From positions 5,408,001 to 5,472,000 of the forward strand of contig CP086569.2 in NCBI GenBank assembly GCA_009914755.4: 64,000 nucleotides of DNA, in the 5' to 3' direction. Both the position numbers and the translations under genes were made by a program. A model generated the notes under the pieces. That model was given only the letters and a program-made list of their open reading frames with translations. It did not search any database and was not told the origin of the DNA. Origin of the DNA: the human T2T-CHM13v2.0 reference genome, Homo sapiens. Below, piece after piece: positions 12,199-25,770 of the stretch (within the stretch, counting starts at the first letter, position 1; each line of letters opens with the position of its first letter).

Positions 12199-15100
12199 TA
12201 AAGGATATAAAAAGAAGAGGTTGAAAGATTATTAAATAACTTATCAGGCATCTCAATGGTTACTATCTATGTTAGTGAAAATCAAATAGGACTCAAAGTT
12301 GGATATTTGGGATTTTTCTTCTGACAGTATAATTTATTGAGTTACTAGGGAGGTTCTTAAATCCTCATATCTGGAAACTTGTGAAGTTTTGACACCTTTC
12401 CTATAGATATAGGAATGAACCAATACGCTTTTATTACCCTTTCTAACTCTGATTTTATAATCAGACTTAGATTGTGTTTAGAATATTAAATGACTGGGCA
12501 CCCTCTTCTTGGTTTTTACCAGAGAGGCTTTGAATGGAAGCAGGCTGAGAGTAGCCAAAGAGGCAAGGGGTATTAGCCCAGTTATTCTCCCCTATGCCTT
12601 CTCTTCCTAAGCGTCCACTAGGTCTGGCCTTGGAAATCTGTTACTTCTACGGCTTCAGATCTGATGATATCTTTTTCATCACATTACAAGTTATTTCTTT
12701 GACTGAATAGACAGTGGTATAGGTTGACACAGCACACAAGTGGCTATTGTGATGTATGATGTATGTAGTCCCACAACTGCAAAACGTCTTACTGAAGCAA
12801 CAATCGAAAAATGGTTCTGTTTTAAAAAGGATTTTGTTTGATTTGAAATTAAAACTTCAAACTGAATGACTTATATGAGAATAATATGTTCAATCAAAGT
12901 AGTTATTCTATTTTGTGTCCATATTCCATTAGATTGTGATTATTAATTTTCTAGCTATGGTATTACTATATCACACTTGTGAGTATGTATTCAAATACTA
13001 AGTATCTTATATGCTACGTGCATACACATTCTTTTCTTAAACTTTACCTGTGTTTTAACTAATATTGTGTCAGTGTATTAAAAATTAGCTTTTACATATG
13101 ATATCTACAATGTAATAAATTTAGAGAGTAATTTTGTGTATTCTTATTTACTTAACATTTTACTTTTAATTATGTAAATTTGGTTAGAAAATAATAATAA
13201 ATGGTTAGTGCTATTGTGTAATGGTAGCAGTTACAAAGAGCCTCTGCCTTCCCAAACTAATATTTATCACACATGGTCATTAAATGGGAAAAAAATAGAC
13301 TAAACAAATCACAAATTGTTCAGTTCTTAAAATGTAATTATGTCACACACACAAAAAAATCCTTTTCAATCCTGAGAAAATTAAAGGCGTTTTACTCACA
13401 TGGATATTTCAACATTAGTTTTTTTTGTTTGTTTCTTTTTCATGGTATTACTGAAGGTGTGTATACTCCCTAATACACATTTATGAAAATCTACTTGTTT
13501 AGACTTTTATTTATACTCTTCTGATTTATATTTTTTATTATAATTATTATTTCTTATCTTCTTTTATATTTTTTGGAAACCAAATTTATAGTTAGTTTAG
13601 GTAAACTTTTTATTATGACCATTAGAAACTATTTTGAATGTTTCCAACTGGCTCAATTGGCTGGGAAAACATGGGAACAAGAGAAGCTGAAATATATTTC
13701 TGCAAGAACCTTTCTATATTATGTGCCAATTACCACACCAGATCAATTTTATGCAGAGGCCTTAAAATATTCTTTCACAGTAGCTTTCTTACACTAACCG
13801 TCATGTGCTTTTAGTAAATATGATTTTTAAAAGCAGTTCAAGTTGACAACAGCAGAAACAGTAACAAAAAAATCTGCTCAGAAAAATGTATGTGCACAAA
13901 TAAAAAAAATTAATGGCAATTGTTTAGTGACTGTAAGTGATACTTTTTAAAGAGTAAACTGTGTGAAATTTATACTATCCCTGCTTAAAATATTAAGATT
14001 TTTATGAAATATGTATTTATGTTTGTATTGTGGGAAGATTCCTCCTCTGTGATATCATACAGCATCTGAAAGTGAACAGTATCCCAAAGCAGTTCCAAGC
14101 ATGCTTTGGAAGTAAGAAGGTTGACTATTGTATGGCCAAGGATGGCAGTATGTAATCCAGAAGCAAACTTGTATTAATTGTTCTATTTCAGGTTCTGTAT
14201 TGCATGTTTTCTTATTAATATATATTAATAAAAGTTATGAGAAATAAACATTCATTTTTATTGTGTGTGTTAATTCAAAACTCAAATGATTCACTTTATT
14301 TTAAATAGATTTTCAAATGTATATAGAAAATACCCTTTTTCAATGGTACATTTTGGATTTAGCATATTTTTGTTCACTCTGAAAACTCCTTCAATATAAT
14401 TTCTGACTTGAACATAATTTCAATCACTTTTCAAAATTGCTGAACACTATTGTAGTGTTTCTGAACATTTATTTTGCATCATTCAAGACAAGATTTAAGT
14501 GATATTTACTTATTCCAGATTAGATCTATTGCTTCACTTAATGTAAAAGTTACCTAAGGATTTCTCTGTACAACCATAGGAGATCCAGGTGAAATAAGTT
14601 TCTGGAGATGGTTGATAATATTTGTGGAACAAAATAACTTTACTCCTGGCTTTGTTTTCACTTTGGCTAAATGGAGAGAATTCATTGAAACCTCTCAAAC
14701 TACAAGGTATCACTAAATATGTAACTGCATTTAGAATTTTATTAGCCCCAAATTTTGATTAAGAATTACATACCGCACAGTCCAGTGCTTTTTGTATTAT
14801 TTTTTCTCACTCATATATTTATTATTGTGATATTAATTTATTCATTTTCACCAAGGGTTAGCTGGTGAAGAAAGAAAAACAGGAAAATTTAAATCAAGCA
14901 ACATTTTAACCTCTGGCAAAAAGGAGATTGGGGTTTTAGAAGAAGTACAATATATGTGTAGGTTAATTTGTGTTATTTCTCATCTTCACTCCAGCCATTT
15001 GGGAAAAAAAAAATCTCACAAGTTGTTGTGACTTAATTTGTGAAGCTGACTGAGAATCACCAAGTTATATATAGATATTATCATAATAACCTTGGCAAGA

Positions 15101-16584
15101 ACTCTAGAACCTGAGAAAGTGCATATGGTGAAAACATACTCTGAATAGGAGAAAAATACCCTACTGAAAAGGAGTATTACAAATTTCTTTTTTTTCAACA
15201 AGTGGAAAAATATGTGAGCTAATATTTGGCTTGATTAAAGACATTGAAGTTATTGGTCTTATTGTCAGAAATGGCCAAACTGACTATAAAATGTTGATGG
15301 ACAAATGGCAATTGCTTCAAAACAAAAAATAAAAACAAGGACAATACCGATGCAGGCAATTCAGTTCAGAATTTTATTTCTGTATATTGGGTAACAAATT
15401 TAATATCCATTTCGAGTATCTGAGAATCAACACATGCATGAAAACAACCGAAGTTTAATTTGTGCACTAGCTTAACTCCTTTCTTATCTGTTAAAGTATT
15501 CTAAAGTTAATTGGGGTAAAACAGAAGCAAGATACATAAATGAAGAAAATGAAAAAATGAAAGTTTAATTTGTCAGCAATTTAGTTCTGAAATCTGGTCA
15601 TATGATGTTTTCTTTGTAAGCTTTTTTGAACAGTTTTAGATTTACAGAAAAATTGTGATAATAATGCAGAGTTCTCAAATAACCTCGCTCTTAGTTTTCC
15701 TTATTTTTAACATGGCATATTTGTTATAATTAATGAGCCAATGTTTATACATTATTATCAACTGAAATCCATAGTTTATTCAGATTGCCCTAATTTTTAC
15801 TATTAAGGACATTAGTCCTTTTCTGGTTCCAGAATCCCATCCAGGATTCCACATTACATTTATTTATTGTATCTTCTTAGGGCCCTCTGGACTGTGACAC
15901 TTTCTTAGACTTTCCTTGTTGATAATGACCTTGACAGTTTGGAAGAGTACTGGTCGGGTATTTTGTAGAATGTCCCTTAATTGAGATTTTTAATGATAAT
16001 TTTTCTTGTGTTTAGACTGGGGTTATGGGTTTTTGTGTGGAAGATTCCAGAGGTAGTGTATCTTGTCTCATCACATGCTCTCAGGAGTAAGTGACAGCAC
16101 ATTTTTAACCTGTATAAGTTAGCATTTGGAATCATTTTGCTTTATGCTCAGGATTTACTCTTCACCCCTGAAGCAGAGACTCACCTGTCCTCCCTAAGTT
16201 TGAAGTGTAGTACAATTCAGGACATGCTCCTTCCTCAGATTCCTACCTATCATACAGATGACCACCTTCCCATTTTATTTTACTCTCTCAGTCTCTAATA
16301 AAACAATTGAGAATAAAATATTAATAGAAACATATTAAGTAAATGTGTTTCCCTTTCCAAATTTACTAAATAGGAAATGAGTGGTGTGGTACGTCCCACT
16401 AGCAATGAAAATTTCGGAAATCATGGCAAACAGTGGAAGATCCATTATAAATAAATAAGACCATTTATTTAGAAAAATTTCATTATCTCTCTCAGGGATA
16501 GCAAATGTCATAGTAGCATTTCTAATAGAGTCAACTGCACCAACTAATTAGTTATTAGGTAACTAAGAAAGGGTGTTGAGACTC

Positions 16585-17237
16585 TGTGACAGTTAATTTT
16601 ATGTATTAACTTGGGTAGGCCACCGTATCAGACATTTGCACAACCACTTGTCTGAATTGTTGTCAAGACACTTTTTAGATGAGATTAACTGTAAAACCAG
16701 TAGACTTTGAGTAAAGCAGATTACCCTCCATAATTTAGGTAGGACTCGTCCAATCAGTTGAAGGCCTTAAAAAGAAAAAGACAAACTTCTATCAAGGAAG
16801 AGAGAAATCTGCAAGCAGACTGCCTTCAGACTTGAACATTAACACTTCTCTGGGGCTCCAGCCTGCCAGCCTACCGTTCAGACTTTGGGCTGGCCAGCCT
16901 CCTAAATCATATGAGAAAATTTCATAAAAGAAATTTCTTTCTTTTCTTTCTTTCCTTTAATCTTTCTTCTTCCTTCTTTTAATCTTTCTTCTTCTTTTTT
17001 CTCTTTCTTTCTTTCTCTCTTTTTCTTTCTGCTTATTTCTTTATTTCTTCCTGTCTCTTCCTTCTTTACTTCCATCCTCCCTTCCTCTACTGTTCTTTTT
17101 CTTTCTTTTCTTTTCTTCTTTCTCTCTTTCCTTTCTTTCTATTTCCTCTCTCTTTCCTTCATCTTTTCTCTTTCCTTTCTTCCTTTGTTTCTTTCTTTCT
17201 CTCATTCTCTCTCTCTCTCAAACCCTGACTAATATAG
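16585..17237 (+). mobile_element. ERVL-MaLR-type solo LTR (subfamily not assigned) carrying a greatly expanded internal polypyrimidine microsatellite
   Basis: Begins 'tgtgacagttaatttt'. Contains the family-typical blocks 'tagactttgagtaaagcagattaccctcc', 'ccaatcagttgaaggcc', and 'gactgccttcagacttgaacattaacacttctctggggctccagcctgccagcctaccgttcagactttgggc'. Ends with the MaLR-like terminus 'aaccctgactaatatag'. Confidence 0.55.
16925..17222. repeat. ~290-bp polypyrimidine (TTTC/CTTT/TCTC)n low-complexity tract, a homopurine/homopyrimidine mirror repeat
   Basis: Continuous C/T-only run 'tttctttcttttctttctttcctttaatctttcttcttcc...ctctcattctctctctctctc' seen directly. Confidence 0.9.
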
Positions 17238-17787
17238 ATTTGAATTTTTAAAAAATGAAACATCTTAACCAAGATCTGCCAAATAAGGTCAGGCCTAATA
17301 TGATACTGTTTCATCCAATATTACTGTTCTGAGAAGTGTATTATTTCAGTATGTAGATGGTTTAGCTAGAATTCTATTTGTCTCCAGTTTAATTAGTGGT
17401 TAATTTCTTAGGCTCTTCCATCATACTAATCTACACTCAATTCTCAGTTACTCCACTTGAAAGCTGTGTTACCACGGTGCAATATTTACCCTTTGATCTT
17501 TTTTCTCATTTATAAAATAAGGCTAGTGTTTGGTATACTGTGAAGAATAGTGGAAATACGTGATCTATGAACATTAGTTGGAGAGGGGAGGAACTATATG
17601 GTGAAGAAGAAAGTGAGAAAATCTTTCCTGTGGAGAGAAGCCTATACATAATTCACCTCACTAGACTACTGCCTTTTCCCATTAAACTAGAGTGTGAAAT
17701 GAAGAAAATGAACTAGTCAATCCTACTTGGAGAGATTGCTTCGGACCTGAGACATCTGAAATCTAACCACCTGACAAGCTGTGGGTG

Positions 17788-20197
17788 CTGGTCATCTATT
17801 TTAGTCCATTTAGGATGCTGTAATAAAATAACTTAGACTGGGTAACTTGTAAATAGCAGAAACTTACTGCTAGCAGTTCTGGAGACTGGGAATTGTAAGA
17901 GCAAGGCACCAGCAGATTCTGTGTCTGATAAGAGCCCTTTCCTCTTGGATGATATCTTCTATGTCTCCTCACACAGCGGAAGTGTCAAAAAGGCTCCTCA
18001 AAGCATCCTTTATGAGAGCACTAATTCTATTTATGGGGTAAAACCCTCAAAACTTAATCACCTCCTAAAGACCTCAACTCTTAATACCATCATCTCGGTG
18101 GTTAGGTTTCAATATATGAATTTTGGGGGGAAACAAATATTCTAAGTCACAGCAGTCTGCTCCTGAACCCACAAATTCATTTCCTTCTCATAAGCAAAAT
18201 ACATACATTTCATTCTAATAGCCCCCAAGGTCTTATCTCATTCGAGCATCAACTCAGAAGTTTAATATCTCATCCAAAGTCTCATCTAAGTATCACTTAA
18301 ATCAGATATAAGTGAGACTCAAGGTAAGATTTATTCTGAAGTAAATTTCTCTCCAGCTGTGAATTTATGAAATTACACAAGTTATGTGCTCCCAAACTAT
18401 AATGGTGGAACTAACACTGGATAGATAGTTCTTACACCAAAGAGAGAAAGAAGAAAAAAGAAAGCATAACTAGTCCCAAATAATTTCAAAACCCAATAGT
18501 GTAAACATTAAATCTTAAGTCTTGAAAATAAACTTATGTGATTCCATGTGCAGCCTTTTGTACACATTGAGGTGGGGGTTGGGTTCTCCACACTCTGGGC
18601 AGCCCTGCTTCTATGGCTTTGCTAGGTAAGACCCACAATGTAGCTCTCATGGGTTGAAGGTTGGTGCCTGCAGCTCTTTCAGGCTGCAATCGCATGGCCG
18701 TGGCTGTACTAATCTGAGGTTGTGAAGGTAGTCTTGTAACCATCTTTTCACTGGGTATTTCCCTAGTAGGGGCTCTTTTTGGTGGCCCTCATAGTTTCAC
18801 CGGTCATTGCCCTAATGGGGGATTTCTACAGTGGCTCTACCACTTTAGCAGTTATTTGCCTGGGCCCTGAGGCTCTCCAGGGCAACCTTTGAAATCCAGG
18901 TGAAGGTAGGCGTGCTTCCAAAGCTTGTGCAAGTTGCACCTTCCTGGAGATGACACTGTGTGGATGCTACCATGGTTTAACACCTGTGCCTTCCAGAGGG
19001 GCAACCAGAGCTGCACCTGGGCCTGCTTGAGCCACAGATGGGGTGGCCAAAGAGTGCTTTGCTGGAATGTGGAGAGTAGAACTTTGTCATCATTGTGCCC
19101 CAAAAGCCCTGGCATTTTGGGCCTGTAATGGGTGGTGCAATCCCGAAGATCTCTGAAATGCTTTTAGGATCATTCTTCCATTGTCTTGATACAAAGCATC
19201 TGGCTTCCTTCTATTCATACTAATCTCCTTATTAAACACTCACTTGGCCACATCCTTGATGTTCTTTCCTGAACATTTTCCCACTCTTTAAAACATGGCC
19301 AGGCTGAGAATTTTCCAAACCTTTAAGCCCCCCTTTCCTTTTGATTATGAATTCCAATTTTGTTTCTTTTTTCTCACATTTTACTATAAGCAGTCTAGTA
19401 GAGTCATGCCATACCCTCAACCGTTTGCTTAAGGATTTCTTCTACCAAATGTTCTATTTCATAACTCCTTCCCTGGAACACTATGATATGAACATAATTC
19501 AGCCAAGTTGTTTGCTGGTTTATATCAAGAATCACCTTTCATCTAGCTTTTAACAATCTTTCCTCATTTCAGTCTGATATTTCATGAGAATGGCCTTCAC
19601 TGTCACAAACATTCTGGTGGTGATCACTTAGGTAATTTCTAAGAAGACTGAGGTTTTCTCTACAGCTCTCTTCTTATTTGAAGACTTCACCAGAATTTCC
19701 CTTTTTAGTCAGTTCACAGCAGTACAGGCTGCTTCTACCATACACTTCAAAATTCCTCCAGGCTTTACCCATTACCGAGTTCCAAGGTGCTTTCATATTT
19801 TTATGTATTTGTTACAGCAGCACCCCACTTCTTATAACCAATATCTCTCTGTGTCTATTTGGGCTACTATAACAAAATATCTTAAACTGAGTAATTTATA
19901 AGAAACAAATTTATTGACCATAGTTCTGGAGGCTGGGGAATCCAAGAACAAGGCACCAGCAGATTCTGTGTCTGATGAGAGCCTGTTCCTCTTGAATGGC
20001 ACCTTCTTTGTGTCCTAACATGACAAAAGGGGTTAAAGTCTTCCTCAGGCCTCTTTTATAAGGGCACTAATTCCATTCATGAGGCAAAGCTTTAATGACC
20101 TAATTACCTCCTAAAGACCTCAGCCATGAATACTATCAGTGTGGTGGTTAGGTTTCAACATATAAATTTTGGGGAAGATACAGTCAGACCACAGCAC
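17788..20197 (-). mobile_element. Complete ERVL-MaLR retroelement (MLT1/MST-like): LTR 17788-18164, non-coding internal region 18165-19857, LTR 19858-20197
   Basis: The two flanking ~340-370 bp segments are clearly homologous and in the same orientation, e.g. 'caaggcaccagcagattctgtgtctgat(a/g)agagcc', 'cctcctaaagacctca', and 'ggtggttaggtttcaa(t/c)atat(g/a)aattttgggg'. Their reverse complements align with the THE1/MST LTR design ('ccccaaaattcatat...gggaggtgatta...'; terminal 'ctttataaattacccagtct'). The intervening 1.7 kb is the reverse complement of the MaLR internal region ('ggcagccctgcttctatggctttgc...ggttggtgcctgcagctctttcaggctgc...'). Confidence 0.75.
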
Positions 20198-22480
20198 TCA
20201 CCTAAAGAACCAAAGAGTTTGTCATTCTTTATTGCTTTGAGGCACCATGTTTATAGGCATTTTCAAATACCTTACCTGACCATGACCATCACATTATGGC
20301 TAAAAATTTATAATTGCAACACTGTTAGTAAGGAAGGAAGTAGCCAAGGAAAGAATCAAGGGAAACAAGTATTTCCGGAGTGAGCTAGTGAGACAAGAAA
20401 GGAAATAAGTGAGGCCTGAAAGAGAATGTTCATGCATCTGATGAGTATTTAGTGAGTGACTATAATGTAGCAAGCATTGTTATAGGTGATGAAAATACAA
20501 TGTCGACAAGAAAAGCAGTGTCTCTGTTATGGAGCTTACCATCTAATGATATACTGGGGACAAAACACAACAAACGAGAACACACAGACACCTGTAACAG
20601 AATGTCTGATGGTGATAAATGAATAAGGAAAATCAAAGAAGGTAATATGATACAGGCTATTTTATCTAAGATGTATATCAGTTAAGATGAGTTTAGCTCC
20701 ACATAACAGAAAAACCCTAATGTACATGGCTTCAAAATGAGAATTTCATTATTTTATTTTACATGATATCCTGAGGTAAGAAAGTTTCTAATATGGTACA
20801 TCTCAGCTCTGAATTTGTTTCTTTGTATTTCCATTGCTTTCTCCTATTGTTGTTTTTTGTCTTTATCTTCAGGATGATAGTAAAATTATTGCTAGAGTTT
20901 CATCGTTGCATCTGGACACAGCAACATTCTTAGAAAGAGGAGGACATATCCCTCTTTAAGAATGAGAAAAATCTATCTCAGGAGCCTTCCAGCTGACTAT
21001 TTTATTGGCCAAAATGAAGTTGTATGCCCTAATTAAAACCAATCACTGCTAAACTGAGTGGAAGGCCATGAATAAATTAGACTATATGGAACAGATTTAG
21101 TGTAAGTACCATAACCACTTTTGAAGGTATTTGTGAGAAGACATTTGAGAAGAGATGAGATATGAATCATAAAAAGAGGCAAATATGTGATGACTTGAGA
21201 GTGAGAAGATGTTATAGGTAAAGGAAACACCAAGAGTAATTTTTTGGAAGCCGAAGAGGAAAATAATATCAATGAAATGTGAGTATTTGGTTATGTTAAA
21301 TGCCAAAAATTTAAGTTAATGGTCTCTCACCACAAATGGACCTTACTGCTGGCCTACAACCCTATTGTATTAATTTGTTTTCTCTCCTAATTTGGAGATT
21401 ATTAGTCCACTCTCTCACAGCTGATGATCTTGTTTCCTGTTTCAGTGAGAATATTAGAGCAACACAAATAGAATCTCCACAGCTCTCACCATCAATCCTT
21501 ACTTTCAACTACTTGCATCTCTGACTATGTAGTCTTCTTCCTCTCCTGTTTTTATCAATGACCTGTTGAAACTCTAATTTAAGGTCAGTCACCATAGATG
21601 TGCATTGGATCAAATCCTCTGTTGCCTATTTAAACAAATTGCTTCAACAGTCTTCCCCTATCTTCTGTCATTAGCTTTTGTATCTTTACTGTACATTCTT
21701 ATCACCATTAAAATGTGTAATTGTTACTGCTACTTAAAAAGTTATTTCCTGACCTTATTTCAGCCTCCAGTTCCTATTCCTTTTTTATCTTTCCCCTTCC
21801 AAAAAACTCTTTAGGGGAGCTGTTTTTAATCAATGTCTCTAATTAAGCCATTGATTGATCTCTAATCAGCTATTTGTCCCACAACTGTACCAAATTTCCC
21901 TTACCAAGGTAACCTATCACACCATGCTGCTAAATGCAATGGCAAGTTTCTCAATTCTTACTGAAGTATTCAGAAACATTTGACATAGTTTAAGCATCCA
22001 CATCATGCAAATTTTTCTTCACTTGACTTGTATGACACCAAATGTGTCTGGTTTTTCTTCTACAGCTCTAGCTGTTGCTTCTATTTTCAATTATGCTGGG
22101 TTCTCATCATATCCCCAAGGTCTTTTTCTGTTTCACGCAATCTGTTTTTCCCTGAGATGTAATTCATGTATCACAAAATGCATCTGCTTAAGGTGAACAA
22201 TGAAGTGGTTTCAGTATATTCAAAAAGTTGAGCAACCATCAGTACTATTTAACTCCAGAACACATTTCCTCATCCCTAAAAGAAATCTTTTGCCAACAAA
22301 AAGTCACTACTCTACATCCCCCGGTCCAAACCCTATGCAACCAATAATCTTCTTTCTGTTACAGATTTACAAATTGTGGATGTTTTATATAATTGGAATC
22401 ACAATATGTGGTCTTTTGTGATTGGCTTCTTTCATTTATCATAACGTTTACAAGGTTAATTCATGTTGTAGCATGTATGA

Positions 22481-23753
22481 TTAGGTTGGTGCAAAAGTAA
22501 TTGTGGATTTGGACCATGAATTTTAAATCATTATAACTAGGCTTAAGCACACTTTTATTAATCAAAATAGAAACCATTACAATCAGCTCATTTTTGCCAA
22601 CAAGAAATAAGTATGTTTATTCCTGTAACATAAAAATCTGTGCTTTGGGATTCAATGAACTCTTGGAAGGCATTTTCTGCATCTTGCTGGTAGAGGAAGC
22701 ATTTTCCATGCAAAAAGTTGTCGAGATGCTTGAAGAAGTGGTAGTCAGTTGGGGAGAGGCCAGTTGAATATGATGGATGAGGCAAAACTTTGTAGCCCAA
22801 TTCGTTAAACTTTTGAAGCTTGGTTGCACAAGCTGCAGTTGAGTGTTGTCATGGAGAAGAATTTGGCCTTTTCTGTTAACCAATGCCTGTTGCAGGCATT
22901 GTAGTTTTCGGTGCATCTCATCAATTTGCTGAGCATACTTCTCAGATGTAATGGTTTTGCTGGGATTCAAAAAGCTGCAGCAGATGAGACAGGCAGCAGA
23001 TCAACAAACTGACCATGACCTTTTTTTGGTGCAAGTTTGGCTTTGGGAAGTACTGTGGAGTTTCTTCTCAGTCCAACCACTGAGCTGGTGGTCACCGGTT
23101 GTCATATAAAATTCACTTTTCATTGCACATCACAATCCAATAGAGAAATGGTTTGTTGTTGCGTAGAATAAAAGAAGATGACACTTCAAAACAATTCTTT
23201 TTTATTTTTGCCCAGCTCATGAGGCACACACTTGTCGAGTCTTTTCACCTTTCCAATTTGCTTCAAATGCCGAATGACAGTAGGATGGTCGACGCTGAGT
23301 CCTTCAGCAACTTTTCATGTAGTTGTAAGAGGATCAGCTTCGATGATTGCTCTCATTTGGTCATTGTCAACTTCTGATGGCTGACCACTGTGCTCCAAAT
23401 CGCCAAGGCTCTCATCTTCCTTGCAAAACTTCTTGAACCACCACTGTATGTTCATTACCAGTTCCTGGGCCAAATGCGTTGTTGATGTTGCGATTTGTCT
23501 CCACTGCCTTATGACCTATTTTGAACTTGAATAAAAAATCACTCAAATTTGCTTTTTGTCTAACATTATTTCAATAGTTTAAAATAAATATAAAATAAAC
23601 TGCAAGTAATAAGTCATTAGCAAAAAAACAAAGCGAGAAATGTGCATTAAAATAATGTATAACATAACAACACTTATTTAAAAATGTATTCCAATATCAA
23701 ATCACAGATTTCAACAATGCAAAAATCACAATTACATTTGCACCAACCTAATA
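22481..23753 (-). mobile_element. Hsmar1 mariner DNA transposon, essentially full-length (~1.27 kb). It has both terminal inverted repeats and a decayed transposase ORF on the minus strand.
   Basis: TIRs 'ttaggttggtgcaaaagtaattgtgg' (left) and 'cacaattacatttgcaccaacctaa' (right). Minus-strand ORFs 22588..22800 and 22617..22970 encode the mariner transposase C-terminus: 'GYKVLPHPSYSTGLSPTDYHFFKHLDNFLHGKCFLYQQDAENAFQEFIESQSTDFYVTGINILISCWQK' (cf. Hsmar1/SETMAR). The frame is broken. Confidence 0.85.
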
Positions 23754-23906
23754 GTAGTTTATCACTATTAAGGCTGAATAATATTCCATTGTATGGAAAA
23801 ACAACATTATGTTTACCCATTCCTCTGTTGATAGAAATTTGTGTTATTCCCACTTTTTAAATTATGAGTAATGCTGCTGTGAATATCCACATTCAAATTT
23901 TTGTGA

Positions 23907-24288
<382 letters not shown>

Positions 24289-25246
24289 TCAAATAGTAAC
24301 TTCCTATCTAATCTCTGAAGAACTGCCAAACACTAATTTTCAAAGTGGCTGTACCATTATATATCCCCACCAGCAATGCATAAGGTTCACATTTCTCTAC
24401 ATTTTCACTAACATGTGATATTGTCAGTCTTCTTGATTATAGCCACCCTAATGAGTTTTATGTGGTCTCTCGTTGTGTTTTTGACTTTCATTTCCCTACT
24501 GATTAAGAGTGGTCAGCATTCTTTTATGTGCTTATTGGCTATTTGTACATCTCCTTTGGATAAATTTATGTTCAAATTCTTTGTTCATTTTTAATTGGAT
24601 TATTTGAATGTTTATTGCTGAGTTGTAAGAGCTATTTATATACTCTAGACACAAAATCATTATAAGATATATGACATGCATTTTTCTTTATTCTCTGGTT
24701 ACATTTCGTGTTCTTAAAAGTGTCCTTTGAAACAGAACATTTGCTTTAGTTTATGTGCAGTGGAAATATCAATATTTTCTCTGGCTGCTTGATCTTTGAT
24801 CTTTTTGAAAATTGTTTTCTACAAACTATCTTTTTAAAAACATTCATAAGAACTTTAAAATAAGCTTTTAATTTTTTTGCCAAAAATAATGCCAGCTTAA
24901 ATTTTGTTAGAGACTTTGTTCTAACTATTGATCACTTTGGGGAATATTGACCATTTTAACATGTCTTATGATCAATTAAGCCTTCTGATCAATAAACATG
25001 GGATGTATTTCTTTTTAGCTATTTTACAAAATTTTTCTTTCAATGATGTTTTGTAGTTTTCATAGTGCCAATTTTGTACACCTTTTGTTAAACTTATTCC
25101 TAGATATTTTATTGTTTTTGATGCCACTACAAATGAAATTATTTTCTTAATTTTATTTTTAAGTTTTTAATAGCTAGTGCATAGATATACCATTAACTTC
25201 TATGTATTGGTCATGTATCCTGCAATCTTGCTAAACTTCTTTATGA

Positions 25247-25287
25247 GTGTGTGTGTGTGTGTGTGTCTGCGTGTGTGTGTGTGTATA
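25247..25287. repeat. (TG)n microsatellite, imperfect
   Basis: 'gtgtgtgtgtgtgtgtgtctgcgtgtgtgtgtgtgt'. Confidence 0.85.
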
Positions 25288-25381
25288 ATTTTTTTATATA
25301 TACAAGGTTATATCCTCTGCATATATAGATGTTTACTTCTTCCTTTCCAATATGAATGCCTTTTTAAAATTTTTCTAGCCT

Positions 25382-25770
25382 GTTTTAGTTTGCTGATGCT
25401 GCCATCACAAAACACCACAGACTAGGTGGCTCAAACAACAGAAATTTATTTCCTCACAGTTCTGAAGTCCTGAAGTCCACAATCAAGGTGTTGGTAAGCT
25501 TTGGATGTATTTGGGGCCTCTTTCCTTGGCTCACAGATGATGGTCTTCTCACTATGTTCTTAACATTTTTTTCCTCAGTGCACAGACATCCCTGGTGTCT
25601 CTTTTGTGTTTCCAAACCCCTGCTTATAAGACAAGTCACATTGGAATTGGACCCACCATAATGGCCTAATTTTTAACTTAATTCGTTTTTAAAGTTCCTT
25701 AGTCCAAACACAGTCACATTCTGAGGTACTCAAAGTTAGGACTTCAACATATGAACTTGAAGGGTATGCA
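25382..25770 (-). mobile_element. ERVL-MaLR solo LTR, same family as the LTRs of the 17788-20197 element, nested in the L1M
   Basis: 'ccatcacaaaacaccacagactaggtggctcaaacaacagaaatttatttcctcacagttctgaag ... cttcaacatatgaacttgaaggg' is homologous to 17788-18164, 19858-20197 and 48176-48535. Confidence 0.65.

Noticed and set aside
15348-15600. Short local direct repeats ('gcaggcaattcagttcagaatt' / 'cagcaatttagttctgaaat'; 'gaagtttaatttgtgcac' / 'gaaagtttaatttgtcagc')
   Set aside because: They are 20-30 bp, imperfect, with no TIR or TSD structure and no coding potential. Most likely a small ancient local duplication or chance similarity in AT-rich DNA.
22588-22970. Possibility that the Hsmar1 transposase ORFs represent an intact or domesticated (SETMAR-like) gene
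   Set aside because: Only ~115 aa of the C-terminus is readable and the frame is broken in several places. There is no upstream SET-domain exon or splice context, so this is a decayed transposon copy.
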